Assembly (NCBI RefSeq): GCF_036365525.1
Contig: NW_027140159.1
Coordinates: forward strand, 62,001 to 126,000
Source: Heterodontus francisci
Taxonomy: Eukaryota
Direction of reading: 5' to 3'
Length of the DNA: 64,000 nt
Shown here: positions 11,911-23,849 of the stretch, piece after piece
Layout of the letters: each line of letters opens with the position of its first letter
How positions within the stretch are numbered: the first letter of the stretch is position 1
Translations under genes and position numbers: made by a program
Notes under the pieces: generated by a model
Seen by the model: the letters and a program-made list of their open reading frames with translations, nothing else
What the model was told of the DNA's origin: nothing
Database searches by the model: none

Positions 11911-12690
11911 ATGCGATCATAGGAAATAGCAGCAGGATTAGGCGATTCGTTTGTCGTACCTGCTGTGCTATTCAAACAGATCATGGCTGATCATCTACCC
12001 TTTTGCCATTTTTTCCCCAATAAAGGCCTTTCCCTTTAACATCATTAGTATCCAGAAATCCATCGATTTTGACCTTGAACGTGCTCAATAATTGAGCCTT
12101 CACAGCCCTCTGGGGTAAAGAATTCCCAAGTTTCTCAACGCTCAGAGTAAAGAAATTTCTCCTCACCTCAGCCCCTTATTCCGTGACAGTGTCCCCTGGT
12201 TCTAGACACACCAGTCAGAGGAAGCATCCTATCCACATCTACCCCGTCTCGACCTGTAAGAATTTTGCAAGTTTCAGTGAGATCACCTCTTATTATTCGA
12301 AAACTGTAAGGAATACAGGCACAGTTTCGGCAATCTCTCTTCATAAGGCCATCCCACCACAGGGATTAGTCTGATGAACCTACGCTGCACTCCCTCGATG
12401 GCAAATATATCCTTCCTTAGATAAGGAGACTAAACCCGTGCACAATACTCGAGGTGCAGTCTCACAAAGGTTCTATATAATTACAGAAAGACAACTTTCC
12501 TCCTGTACTAAAATCCCCTTACAATGAAGGCCAAGGTGCCATCAGCCTTCCTTAATGCTTACTGAACCTGCATACTATCGTTTAGTGACAGCAACATTTC
12601 CCAAACTCTAACCATTTAATAGATACTCTGCCTTTCTGTTTTTCCTAATAAAGTGGATCACTTCACAATTCTTCACATTTTATCCATCTG
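11910..12690 (-). mobile_element. Decayed CR1 3' portion
   Basis: ORF 11981-12166 MRRNFFTL..V..NSLPQRAV and a CR1 3' UTR. Confidence 0.8.
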
Positions 12691-12694
12691 CCAA

Positions 12695-12805
12695 AAGAAG
12701 GGAAGTGTCTGGAACAGACCATGTGAAGATGAGGGAGGAGTGTAATGAGAAGCAAATTTGATGAAAGTTTCCATTTCCCGGCAAAAAGAAAAAGAAATGG
12801 CATCA
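12695..12805 (-). mobile_element. Old Penelope RT fragment, with its other half at about 14009-14130
   Basis: DAISFSFCREMETFIKFASHY resembles GAVSCSRSELENFINFASNF. The reverse strand of 14009-14130 encodes the preceding ...FFRYIDDC region. Confidence 0.6.
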
Positions 12806-14008
12806 GATCGGTTGGAGACTTGGGCGGAGAAATGGCAGATGTAGTTTAATCCGGACAAATGTGAGGTAATGCATTTTGCAAGGTCTAATACAGGTGGGAA
12901 GTATACAGTAAATGGTAGAACCCTTAGGAGTATTGACAGGCGGAGAGATTTGGGCATACAGGTCCACAGGTCACTGAAAGTGGCAATGCAGGTGGATAAG
13001 GTTGTCAAGAAGGCAGACGGCATGTTTACCTTCATCGGTCGGGGCATATAGTATAAAAATTGGCAAGTCATGCAGCAGCTGTACAAAACTTTAGTTAGGC
13101 CACACTTAGAATATTGCGTGCAATTCTGGTCGCCACACTATCAGAAGGATGTGGAGGCTTTGGAGAGGGTAATGAACAGGTTTACTGGGATGTTGCCTTG
13201 TCTGGAGGGCATTAGCTATGAGGAGAGGTTGGATAAACTCGGATTGTTTACGGCGGCACAGTGATGCAGTGGTTACCACCGCAGCCTCACAGCTCCAGCG
13301 ACCCGGGTTCAATTCTGGGTACTGCCTGTGTGGCGTTTGCAAGTTCTTCCTGTGTCTGCGTGGGTTTTCTCCGGGTGCTCCGGTTTCCTCCCACAAGCCA
13401 AAAGACTTGCAGGTGGTAGGTAAATTGGCCATTATAAATTGCCCCTAGTATAGGTAGGTGGTAGGGAAATATAGGGACAGGTGGGGATGTGGTAGGGAAC
13501 ATGGGATTAGTGTAGGATTAGTATAAACGGGTGGTTGATGGCACAGACTCGGTGGGCTAAAGGGCCTGTTTCAGTGCTGTATTTCTAAACTTAACTAAAC
13601 TAAACTGGAAGGACGGAGTTGGAAGGGTGATATGATAGAGGTTTACAAGTTATGAGTGGCATGGACAGAGTGGATAGTCAGAAGAGTTTCCCAGGGTGGA
13701 AGCGTCAGTTACTAGGGGACATAGGTCTCAGGTGCGAGGGGCAAACATTAGAGGGGATGTGCGAGGCACGTTCTTTACACAGAAGGGCGGTGAATACCTG
13801 GAACTTGCTGCCGGGGGAGGTGGTTGAAGCAGGTTCGATAGCGACATTTAAGAGGCATCTTGACAAATACATGAATAGGATGGGAATAGAGGGATACGGT
13901 CTCTGGAAGTGCAGAAGTTTTTAGTTTAGACAGGCATCAAAATCGGCGCAGTCTTGGAGGACCGAATGGCGTGTTCCTGTGCTGTACTGTTCTTTGTTTG
14001 TTCTTTGT
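12806..14008 (+). mobile_element. CR1 3' portion, interrupted by an HE1 SINE
   Basis: ORFs MHFARSN..., LYKTLVRPHLEYCVQFWSP and MSGMDRVD..., with a TTCTTTGT tail. Confidence 0.88.
13252..13604 (+). mobile_element. tRNA-derived HE1-like (V-domain) SINE
   Basis: Box A-like TGATGCAGTGG, box B GGTTCAATTC, central GTCTGCGTGGGTTT..CCGGGTGCTCCGGTTTCCTCC, a CR1-like tail and (TAAAC)n. A second copy is at 47003. Confidence 0.88.
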
Positions 14009-14639
14009 ACAGTCGTCAATGTATCGGAAAGAAATATGTGAAGCAGGGACCTGAATAGCATTGGAACAAGGAAAGAACCACGTATCCTATACAAAAAAAC
14101 TATAAAGCTAGGATTCCTTTATGCTCCCATTTTGACGCCACTTGAGTGAGGAATATTTCAATGTTTACACACCAGGTCACCGCACATACACTATTTAACA
14201 GGGCCCCTGCACAGGGACCAGAATAAGGAACCTTCAAAGGTGTTCATTCTCAGAGCAGAGAGGCTGAGGAAAACTGGAGTTCCAGTAAGAATGGCAAATG
14301 AATGAAACTAAACTAATCAATTCCAAATGGGGCTCTCACAATGTACTAGCAGGATATGGTGGAGGGAAACTGCCCAGAAACAGCCTCCAGATGTCTGTCA
14401 GGGAAGGTCCCATCCACTGTGAGTTTATGGGCAGCTCGGCTTCACTGGGCTTTGGATTAGAGAGCGGCAGACTGCCATGGACAGAAATGTAAATGGACTT
14501 CTGCATTGCATCTCCAAGCTCAGTAGGAGGGATGTCTCCAGGGTTGTGGGACTGTCACAGCAAGGAGAATTAGTGTATCAGGCTTCTGAGCCTTGCATAA
14601 GAAGATGAGATCTCTGATGGAAGAACTAAACTTAAATAA

Positions 14640-15560
14640 TAGTGAATACATTTAACAACAAACTGCAAGACATTTAAAGTAGAAATTGGGCAGATATTTG
14701 ATAAAATAATCAAAGAGCGTGTAAACTCTCTTGTTCAGATGGATTGTCTCCACACATACTAAAAAGATAGGGAAGAGATAGCAGAGGTGCGCTTATCTGT
14801 GTATTAGTAATCATCAGAACAGAAAGTAGTGCAGAAAAATGAGGGACAGTTAATGCGCTTCTTGCATTTCAAACCAAATAAAGAACAATTCCAAAGAATT
14901 ATAGACCAGTTATCATAACGCCAGTTGGTAGGAAATATAATGGAATCCGTATTCAAAGATGGAACAAGAAAATATCTATAAACACATAAGATAATACAGA
15001 GTAGTCAGCACATATTCCAAAAGGAAGATCATACATGAACAAACGTATTGAATTATTTCAACAATGCCATAAGCTTAGTACAGTAAATGTAATATACTTT
15101 GTTTTTCTAAAGGCCTTCGCTCTGGTAGCACATAGTAGACACGTGAATAATCTCAGAGCACGTGGAATTTGGTGGGGGCAAGAGACAGAATGAACAGCAA
15201 GATGGCTACAGAAACAGGAACCAAGAGGTCAAATATAATTCCTCAGAATGTTGGAAGGTGAGAACTAGTGTTCACATGGATCAGCACTGAGAACACTGTT
15301 GCTCACCATTTACATAAGTGATCTGGAATTGGGAAGCAGAATCAAAATTCGCAGATTTGCAGACAAATCCAAATTGTAATGATTGTTGATATAGAGGAAG
15401 AGTGTGACAAAATACCGAATGGATTTAATGATAATCAATAAACTGGCACAATAGGCATTTAAAATGCAATTAATTTTAATGTAGCTAAATGTATTGAGCT
15501 CAATTGTGGTTGAATGATTAAGCTTCTCAAATATTCCATATGATAATAAAAGGCCTAAGA
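14640..15560 (+). mobile_element. Highly decayed CR1 RT fragments
   Basis: Remnants of NYRPV, SQH.F.KG and DF.KAF, plus CAGATTTGCAGACAA (FADD region). Confidence 0.6.
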
Positions 15561-16790
15561 ACACCATAACTGAAGAAATAGGAGCAAGAGTATAACAACA
15601 TGGTTGGTAGAACCTGCTCCGTGATTCAGTATGATCCTGCAGTCTTCTACTGCAACTCCACTTTCCCGTCCACTCCCAATATCCCCTAGTTTCCCGAGAG
15701 ACCAAAAATCTGCCTAGTTGTTCATACATTCAATGCTGCAACATTAACAACCCTCTGGGGTAGAGAATTCTAAGGAGTCACAACTCTTAGAAGAAATTTC
15801 ACCTCATATCTGTCCTAAATGACCGGTCCCATGTCTTGAGATCAGTGGAATAAAAGTCTTTCAGCATTTACCCTATCGTCGTAAGATTTGGATTTGTCTG
15901 CAAATTTGGGAATTGTGCGTCTGCTTCCCAATTGCAGGTCATTTTTGTAAATGGTGAGCAACAGTGTTCCCAGCGCTGATCCATGTGGAACACCAGTTCC
16001 CACCTTCCAACAATCTGAGGAAATACCTTTAACCCCTATTCCCTACTTCCTGTTTCTGTAGCCAACTTGTGGTCCATTCTGCAATTTGCCCCTCCCCCCG
16101 CCCCACCCAATTCCTCCTACTCTGAGATTAGCCTTGTGTCTGCTACGTCAAGCCCATTCAAAATGTTGTATCTTGCAATGGCATCACATTACATTCTTCT
16201 TAACGCCGGAACATAGGTCCAATTTAATCATCCTCTCATCATAGGACAACCCTCTGATCCCAGGGACCCATCTAGCAAACCTCCGCTGTACCACTTCTAA
16301 TGTAAATATATCTGTCCTTTTTATATGGAGGCAAAAACTGCACAAAATATTTCAGATGCAGTTTCACCAAAGCCCTGCCCAATTGTAGCAAGCGTGTTTA
16401 TTCCTGTACTCCAATGCCCTTTCAATAAAAAAACACATGCCATTTACCTTCCAAATTGCTGTATCTGAATGTCAACATCTGGCGTTCCTTGTCCAAGCCT
16501 TTTTGGACATCGACATCTAAAATTATCATACCTTTAAAAAATATTCTTTTTTTCTATTCTTACGACGAAAGTGAATAACTTCACACTTCGTCTATCATGC
16601 GCCATTTGCCATGTTGTCTCCCATTGATTCAACCTGTATATTTCCCTTTTCAGCCTCTCTGCGTCCTCACAACAGCACTCCCATCTAGTTTTTCATCGTT
16701 ACCAAACTTAGCTAGCCTATTCATTTAAGTAATTAATATAGGTTGCAAATAGCTGAGGGCACAGCCCTGATCCTTGCAAAACAAATATTT
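15560..16790 (-). mobile_element. Decayed CR1 pieces, one of which continues at 17715-17843 and 20205-21880
   Basis: Reverse-strand CR1 3' UTR and RT remnants. The sequence resumes in register after the inserted elements. Confidence 0.65.
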
Positions 16791-16799
16791 ATAGTAACG

Positions 16800-17712
16800 T
16801 AAATTGCATAGAGGATATAAGGAGCTTGCAGAACGATATAGATAGGTCGAGTGAGTGGGCACAAATCTGGCAGATGGAGTATAATGTGGGAAAATGCGAA
16901 GTTGCTAATTTTGGCAAGAAGAATAAATAAACAGAGTATTACTTTTACAGAGAATGACTGAAGAATTCCGAGGTGAAGAGGGATCCAGGTGTTCTAATGC
17001 CTGAGTCACAAGCAGTTAATATGTAGGTACAGCAAGTCATAAAGAATGCGAATTGAATGCTATCCTTTCTTACGAGAGTAATTGAAAATAAAGGTAAATA
17101 TGCTATGTTTCAGTTGTACAGGGCATTGATGAGACCATATCTTGCATATTATGTGCAGTTTTGGCCTCTTTATTTAAGGAAGGAAGTAAATGCGTTGGAG
17201 GCTGTTCAGAGGAGGTTTACTGGATTGATACCTGGAATGGGCGGGTTGTCTTATGAGGAAATGTTGGAGAGACTGGGCTTGTTTTCACTGGAGTTTAGAA
17301 GAGTGAGGGGACATTTGATTGAAATTTACAATATCCTGGACGGTCCTGACAATGTGGATGTAAAAAGAATGTTTTCTTTTGTGGGTGAGTCCAGAAATGG
17401 GGGGCACCCTTTTCAAATTGTAGGGCACCCTTTTAGGACAGAGATGCGATATTTTTTGTTCTCTCAGAGGGCTGTGCGACTTTATATCTCTTGGCCTCGG
17501 TGGATGGTGGAGACGGGGTCATTGAATATTTCTATGACGGGGTTAGATAGATTCTTCTGAGGCAAGAGGATTAATATCTATCAGGGTAGATGGGAATGTG
17601 GAATTTGAGATACAAACAGATCAGCCATGATCGTATTGAATGGCAGAGCAGGCTGGAAGGGCCGAATGACCTACTTCTGCTCCTAATTCGTATATTCATA
17701 TATTCGTATGTT
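16800..17712 (+). mobile_element. CR1 3' portion
   Basis: ORF 17057-17560 (LYRALMRPYLAYYVQFW...LEAVQRRFT), ending in a (TATTC[A/G]TA)n tail. Confidence 0.88.
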
Positions 17713-17844
17713 CAGGTGACACTCCACCACTTCAGATTGCGAACTTGAAAATTCCCCAATTGTTGCCTCTATTTGCGTCCTTTCCGTTAATCAATGCTCT
17801 ATTCATGCTAATATATTATCTGCAATACCATGATCCCGTACCTT

Positions 17845-20204
17845 GCGGAAGGACGGCATTACCCCTGAATTAATCAAGTGTGCCAAGCCTGCTATAGTTT
17901 CAGCACCCTACAAACTGCTTTGCCTGCGCTGGGACGAGGAAGCAGTACCACAGGCCATGCACGATGCCAATATCATCACCCTCTATAAGAGCAAGGGTGA
18001 CCACAGTGACTGCAACAACTGTCGTGGAACCCCCCTGCTCAGCATAGTGGGGAAAGTCTTCGCTTGAGTCGCTTTAAACAGGCTCCAGCAGCTTGCTGAG
18101 CGCGTCTACCCTGAGGCACCATGTGGCTTTCGAGCGGAGAGACCCACCATTGATATGCTGTTCTCCCTTCGCCAACTACAGCAGAAATGCCATGAACAAC
18201 AGATGCCCCTCTACGTCGCTATCATTGATCGCACCAAAACGGCTTTAACCTCGCCAGCAGATGTGGTATCTTCAGACTATTAGAGAAGATCGGATGTCCA
18301 CCAAAGCTACTAAGTATCATCACCCCATTCCATGACAATATGAAAGGAGCAATTCAGCATAGCGGCGCCTCATCAGTCCCCTTTCCTATCCTGAGTGGCG
18401 TGAAATGTGGCTGTGTTCTCGCACCCACACTGTTTGGGATCTTCTTCTCCCTGTTGCTCTCACATACGTTCAAGGATTCAGAAGAAGGACTTTTCCTCCA
18501 CACAAGATCTGGTGGAAGGTTGTTCAACCTTGCCCATCTAAGAGCGAAGACCAAAGTACAAAACTCCTCATCAGGGAACTCCTCTTTGCTGACGATGCTT
18601 TTAGAGGGTTAAGTTGTGGCCAATGCAGCTAAATAAAGACACACACATATACAAGATGAAAGTGTAGCCACATATTGTTACAAAATGGAGTATTTACCCT
18701 AAGCATTGTGGTTCAAGTTAGTTAGCTTGCAGCATTGGGTATGGTACTGCTTCTGACAGGCAATTAGCCTGACCAATGAGGGCCCCCCATATCAGTGCAT
18801 AAGACAGCTGCTCTGTCTAATTGCGGACTACACAACGCAACTAGGAATGCAGGCCTGATAGAGGTAGAAGGATTCATTGTGAAGACCCAAGGATAGGTGA
18901 TAAAGGGTGTTTGGAAAACAAGCTGAAATGGTCAGGGGCGTACCATGAGCTATCCTCACAACTACATGATACATAATTAATAATTTTATTGGTAATGAAT
19001 GTAATATATGTCATCAATAACCGTTATGATTGGATTGTGTCCAGCCGGGATGGGCTGAGTAACTGTATGTCTGTTGTGGATTTTCCTTTGTTGAGTGGAG
19101 AAGCGCATGGGAAGCCCAGCGTCTTACTCCCCACCGGTGTAAAATAAACCTTTTGACAATTGGAACAGACCTGAGCATCAAGTGGTTAATTTTAGTCAAT
19201 TCCACTCTAACAATGTTGCATTAATATCTCACACTGAAGAGGATCTGCAGAGACTCATCGACAGGATTGCGACTGCCTGCTACGAATTTGGCCAAACCAT
19301 CAGCCTCAAGAAAACGAACATCATGGGACAGAACGTCTGAAATGCTCCATCCATCAATACTGACGACCACGCTCTGGAAGTGGTTCAAGAGTTCACCTAC
19401 CTAGGCTCATCTATCACCAGTAACCTGTCTCTCGATGCAGAAATCAACAAGCACATGGGAAAGGCTTCCACTGCTATGTCCAGACTGGCCAAGAGGGTGT
19501 AGGAAACTGGCGCACTGACACGGAGCACAAAAGTTCGAGTGTATCAAGCCTGTGTCCTCAGTACCTTGCTTTATGGCAGCGAGGCCTGAACAACATATGT
19601 CAGCCAAGAGCGACATCTCAATTCATTCCATCTTCGCTGCCTCCGGGGAATTCTTGGCATCAGGTGGCAGGCCCGTATCTCCAACACAGAAGTCCTCGAG
19701 GCTGCCAACATCCCCAGCGTATACACCCTACTCAGCCAGTGGCGCTTGAGATGGCTTGGCCATGTGAGCCGCATGGAAGATGGCAGGATGCCCAAGGACA
19801 CATCGTACATCGAGCTCGCCATTGGTATCAGACCCACCAGCCGTCCATGTCTCCTCTTTAAAGACGTCTACAAACACGACATGAAGTTCTGTGACATTGA
19901 TCACAAGTCGTGGGATTCAGTTGCCAGCGATCGTCAGAGCTGGGGGGCAGCCATAAAGGCGTGGCTAAAGCGTGGCGAGTCAAAGAGCTTTAGCAGTTGG
20001 CAGCAAAAAAAAAGACAGAAGTACAAGCGGAGAGCCAACTGTGTAACAGCCCCGACAACCAATTTTAACTGCAGCACCTGTGGAAGAGTCTGTCATTCTG
20101 GAATTGGCTTGTATAGCCACTCCAAGCGCTGCTGCACAAACCACTGACCACCTCCAGGGGCTTACACATTGTCCCTCGAGGCAAGGAGGCCAAAGAAGAA
20201 GATG
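17845..20204 (+). mobile_element. RTE-clade LINE, 5'-truncated, interrupted by a solo LTR
   Basis: GKDGI, DANIITLYK.KGD..DCNN.RG, GVK.GCVLAPTLF, LFADD and RWLGHVSRMEDGR motifs, with a (GAA)n tail. Confidence 0.9.
18599..19212 (+). mobile_element. Solo LTR (614 bp) inserted in the RTE RT
   Basis: Ends T(T)TTAGAG...CTCTAACA form an inverted terminal match (TG mutated), with a 4-bp TSD ATGC/ATGT and AATAAA at 19143-19148. Excision restores FADDAAL. Confidence 0.75.
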
Positions 20205-21880
20205 AAAAACATTTCTGTGGCACTTTATCGAATGCCTTTTTTTGGAAATCCATCTATACTACAACTACTGATTCTGCTTTATCGACCACAGTAGTTACAT
20301 CCTCTAAATATACTAACACATTTTTCAAACAAGATTTCCCTTTCGTGAAACCATGTTGACTAATTCTAATAATATTATGTTTTTCTCAGTGCACTGTTAA
20401 GACTTCCTCTATAATATATTCCAGTCATTTCCCACCGACTGATGTCAGGGTAACTGCCCTGGAGTTCCCTGTTTTATCTTCCCCTCCTTTCCGAAAAGCG
20501 GTATTACATTTGCAAATTCCAATCTAATGGGAGCATTCCAGAATGTATGGAATTTTGGAAAATCATATCTCGCACGTCCAGTATCTAGACAGCCATTTCT
20601 GTTAGGATCCTGGGATGCAGGCAATCAGGTTCCAGGTATTTGTTGGATTTTAGTCCCTTAGGTTTCACCATTTTTTTCTCTGCTGATAGTAAGTAGGTTA
20701 ATTTCCTCACTATTGTTCGCCCCTAAGTTACCTTTTATTTATGGTGTGCAACGTGTGTCTTCTACTATGAATACCGTCAAAAAATATTTTCTCAATGCTT
20801 CTGCCATTCCTTCATTCTCCATAATAAGTCCTTCTGTCTCTGCTTCAAAGGTACCAACGTTCACCTTAGTTAATCTCTTCTTTCTTTAATTACCTGTAAA
20901 ATGTCCTACAATTTTTTATTGCATTTCTGGCTATTTTACTCTCCTATGCTTCCTTTTTTATCATTTTTTGTGGCCCTTTGCTGGTATCTAAAAAACTCCT
21001 AACCACAAAGCATGCTACAGTTCTTTTCAACAGTATAAGTCTCTTATTTCAACCTATACCACCTTTGCCTTCCTCAGGAAGCCATGGTTGGACCTTTCTC
21101 TCTGAGCTTTTATTTTTCTATACGATATATTTTTGTTGAACATTTTGACATTTTCGATAAATGTTTCCCACCATTTGCTAACTGCCATATTTTTTAAAAT
21201 ATTTACCCAATCCACCTTAGCCGTCTCCCCCTCATACCTATGTAATTGGCTTTGTTAAGTTTAATGTTATTGTTTGTGACTGGAGTATGTCACTTTCCAA
21301 CGTAACATGAAACTCAATGGTATCATGATCACTATTTCCAGCGCATCTTTTACGATGACATTACTAATTAAACCTGCCTTATTAAATAAATACTGGGTCA
21401 AAATAAAATAAACTGCATACCTAACTGGTTCCACAACGTATTGCGCCAGGAAACTGTTCCAAAAGCATAGTACAAACTCAACTTCTAAAACATTCTTGCC
21501 AATTTGATAATCCCAGTCTAGTTAACGATTCAAGTCCTCCACAAATTTTGCATTGCCTATGTTACAAGCCCAATAATTTATTGCTAGGTGCTTATCGGGC
21601 TTATAAACTACTTCCAACAGCAGTTCCAACTCTTGCTATTCCTAATCTCTACCCATACTGATTCTACTTCGAGGGCGTCTGAGCCCTGATGTCCTAATGT
21701 CATCCATTACTATCAGCCTCCTTTGCCACTCTGCCTGTATTTTCGAAATATTGTGTACCTTGGATTATTTAATTCCCAACCCTGGTCACCTTGTAACCAT
21801 GTTTCTATACTGGACATTAAATCAAAACTTTTTTTTATCTCTATTTGTTCCAGTCATTCCATGAATCCAAACCCCTTCTT
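20205..21880 (-). mobile_element. Decayed CR1 ORF2 (endonuclease to RT)
   Basis: MDFQKKAFDKVP on the minus strand, plus remnants of QHGF.KGK and PG.D. Confidence 0.75.
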
Positions 21881-23424
21881 GCCACACCACTCCTTTTGCC
21901 ACACATTTACTCTTCTGATCTGCTTGGCCCTATGCCGGAATGGAGCAGGGGGCCAATGGATTTAGGAGTACAAATTCACAAAACATTTACAGTAACAACA
22001 TAGGGTAACACGACAATAAAAATTTCAATTTCAATAAGATAACAATTTCCAGTGGAATACAATTTTTAAAAACCCACAAAGTTCAGATACTAACCAACAT
22101 ACAACCTTGGTTATACAACACTTAGCGTGATGTGTATAGTTCTGGTCACCATATTACAAAATGTATATTGATGCACAGGGGAAGATGCAATTATTTTAAC
22201 CAGGATGATACCAAAAGAGAGAGAAGTGATCTGTTTATTTAAATATTTACTGACAGTTTTCTGATGTTATTATTTATTGCTCGTTGTCTGATTACTGCAT
22301 TATGAAAACCCCATATGTATGCATCTCAGTTATAGATGTGTTCGCCTCACAGGAACACCCGTCAGTGAGCTAAGAGGAGTAATGGGTGCAGGTCACAGGT
22401 GTAAAGACTCTGAATCAGTGATAAGAGCTGATCTTCCAAAATGCAATCAATTACAGAAGAGGACAATTCAATAACCACAGCTCAATATTCATCGTGATCA
22501 AACCAACACAATAACATTCATCACTCGTGACCCATGGATTCCGAGGACCCTGGTGTAGGAAAGGGATGATTCAGCACGAAAATAACTAAAGTGTTTACAG
22601 TAACTATACTCAGCGTAAGAAACTTCATTATGCAGAGGACCTGAATATTGTTGTCTGTCCTGCCGTTTCACTGTCAGTAAATAATAAATATATGTATGTG
22701 TTTCAGCAATTTAATAGGAGACAGAGCGATATGAATACATTTCTATTGCTATAATTATTATCATGGTATCAGCAGAAACTCATCCCCATTTCAATCAATT
22801 AGATTCATAAAAACAGAGGCAGCTCCATGGAATGGAGAGATCAGTCACGTGAAACAATGATTTCAAAATATAAGTCGTTTCCATAATTGTACTCCGTAAA
22901 ATTCTACAGGGAGAGATACTCTAAGTAATGCATGGCCACTGGGGGTCAGATGTTCAACTATGGTTAGTAATCCACGCTCAATACAACTCTACAGTGACAG
23001 ATGCTTCCAGTAATAAATGGCCACTGGTGTTCCACTCCTGATGTGACCACACTCGCTACCATTCTATGGTGGCAATTATTCCCATTAATCGTTTGACACT
23101 GACTCTTATTCCCACTGAGTTCTTCAGTCAGAGAGTTGACTTCACTGAAAGCTAATTTAACATTGCATGATCTTCCAATAAATGAACTAACTTGATAATT
23201 CAGAAAGCCTGCGAGTTTCAAACAGAGGTTTATTATCAGATGTGGAAATGAAATTGAACAGCAGAGATAGTTCAAGACATTTGACATACTTACATGATAT
23301 CACTGATCAGGTTCTTGCATAATGAAGACTGCAAGACCAGCATATCACAGAATGAGTCACCGAGTAAAACCGGAGGCCAGGCCACACTGAGATTTGCACA
23401 ACTTCAATGGTTATCGTGACTTAC

Positions 23425-23491
23425 CAGGAACACCAACGACAGCAAGGAAGAGGTAATATCTTTTCACTACATTGGCAAATGTTTCACGCAT
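23425..23491 (-). CDS. Exon 1 of the GPR139-like GPCR: MRETFANVVKRYYLFLAVVGVP
   Basis: ATG at 23491 in AAAATGC context and a strong donor CTG|GTAAGT. Phase 1 matches the phase-1 acceptor at 1492, giving YYLFLAVVGVPVNLLAIVIL, a continuous TM1. Confidence 0.85.
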
Positions 23492-23577
23492 TTTTAGTAT
23501 GAAGTGATCTGTCCCTTCGTGCTGCCTGTAACCTGCCTGTATTAAACGCTGTGGTGATACATTCACAGAGCCTGTAA

Positions 23578-23583
23578 TTTATA
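23578..23583 (-). promoter_or_regulatory. Candidate TATA box of the GPCR gene
   Basis: Minus strand GGTTATAAATT lies about 87 bp upstream of the ATG. Confidence 0.45.
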
Positions 23584-23849
23584 ACCCTTGGGATCTCCAC
23601 GGGGACAGTCAAGTTGCAACATTATTCAAAAATATTTTTTTTTAATTTGAGCAAACAGATTACGACATTGAGTTCACGCCATCTTTTGATACAGTATATT
23701 CATTTCTGAGATTGAATTGGAAAACTCCAAAGGCTGTGCAATTCTGTTTATGATAATGAACTATTGAAAATTAGAAGCTGTATTCACCGAAGATTGAGGT
23801 TGCTCTTTCAAAGACCATCGGTCCCAGATCTAGATCTCATGTTGTTTCT

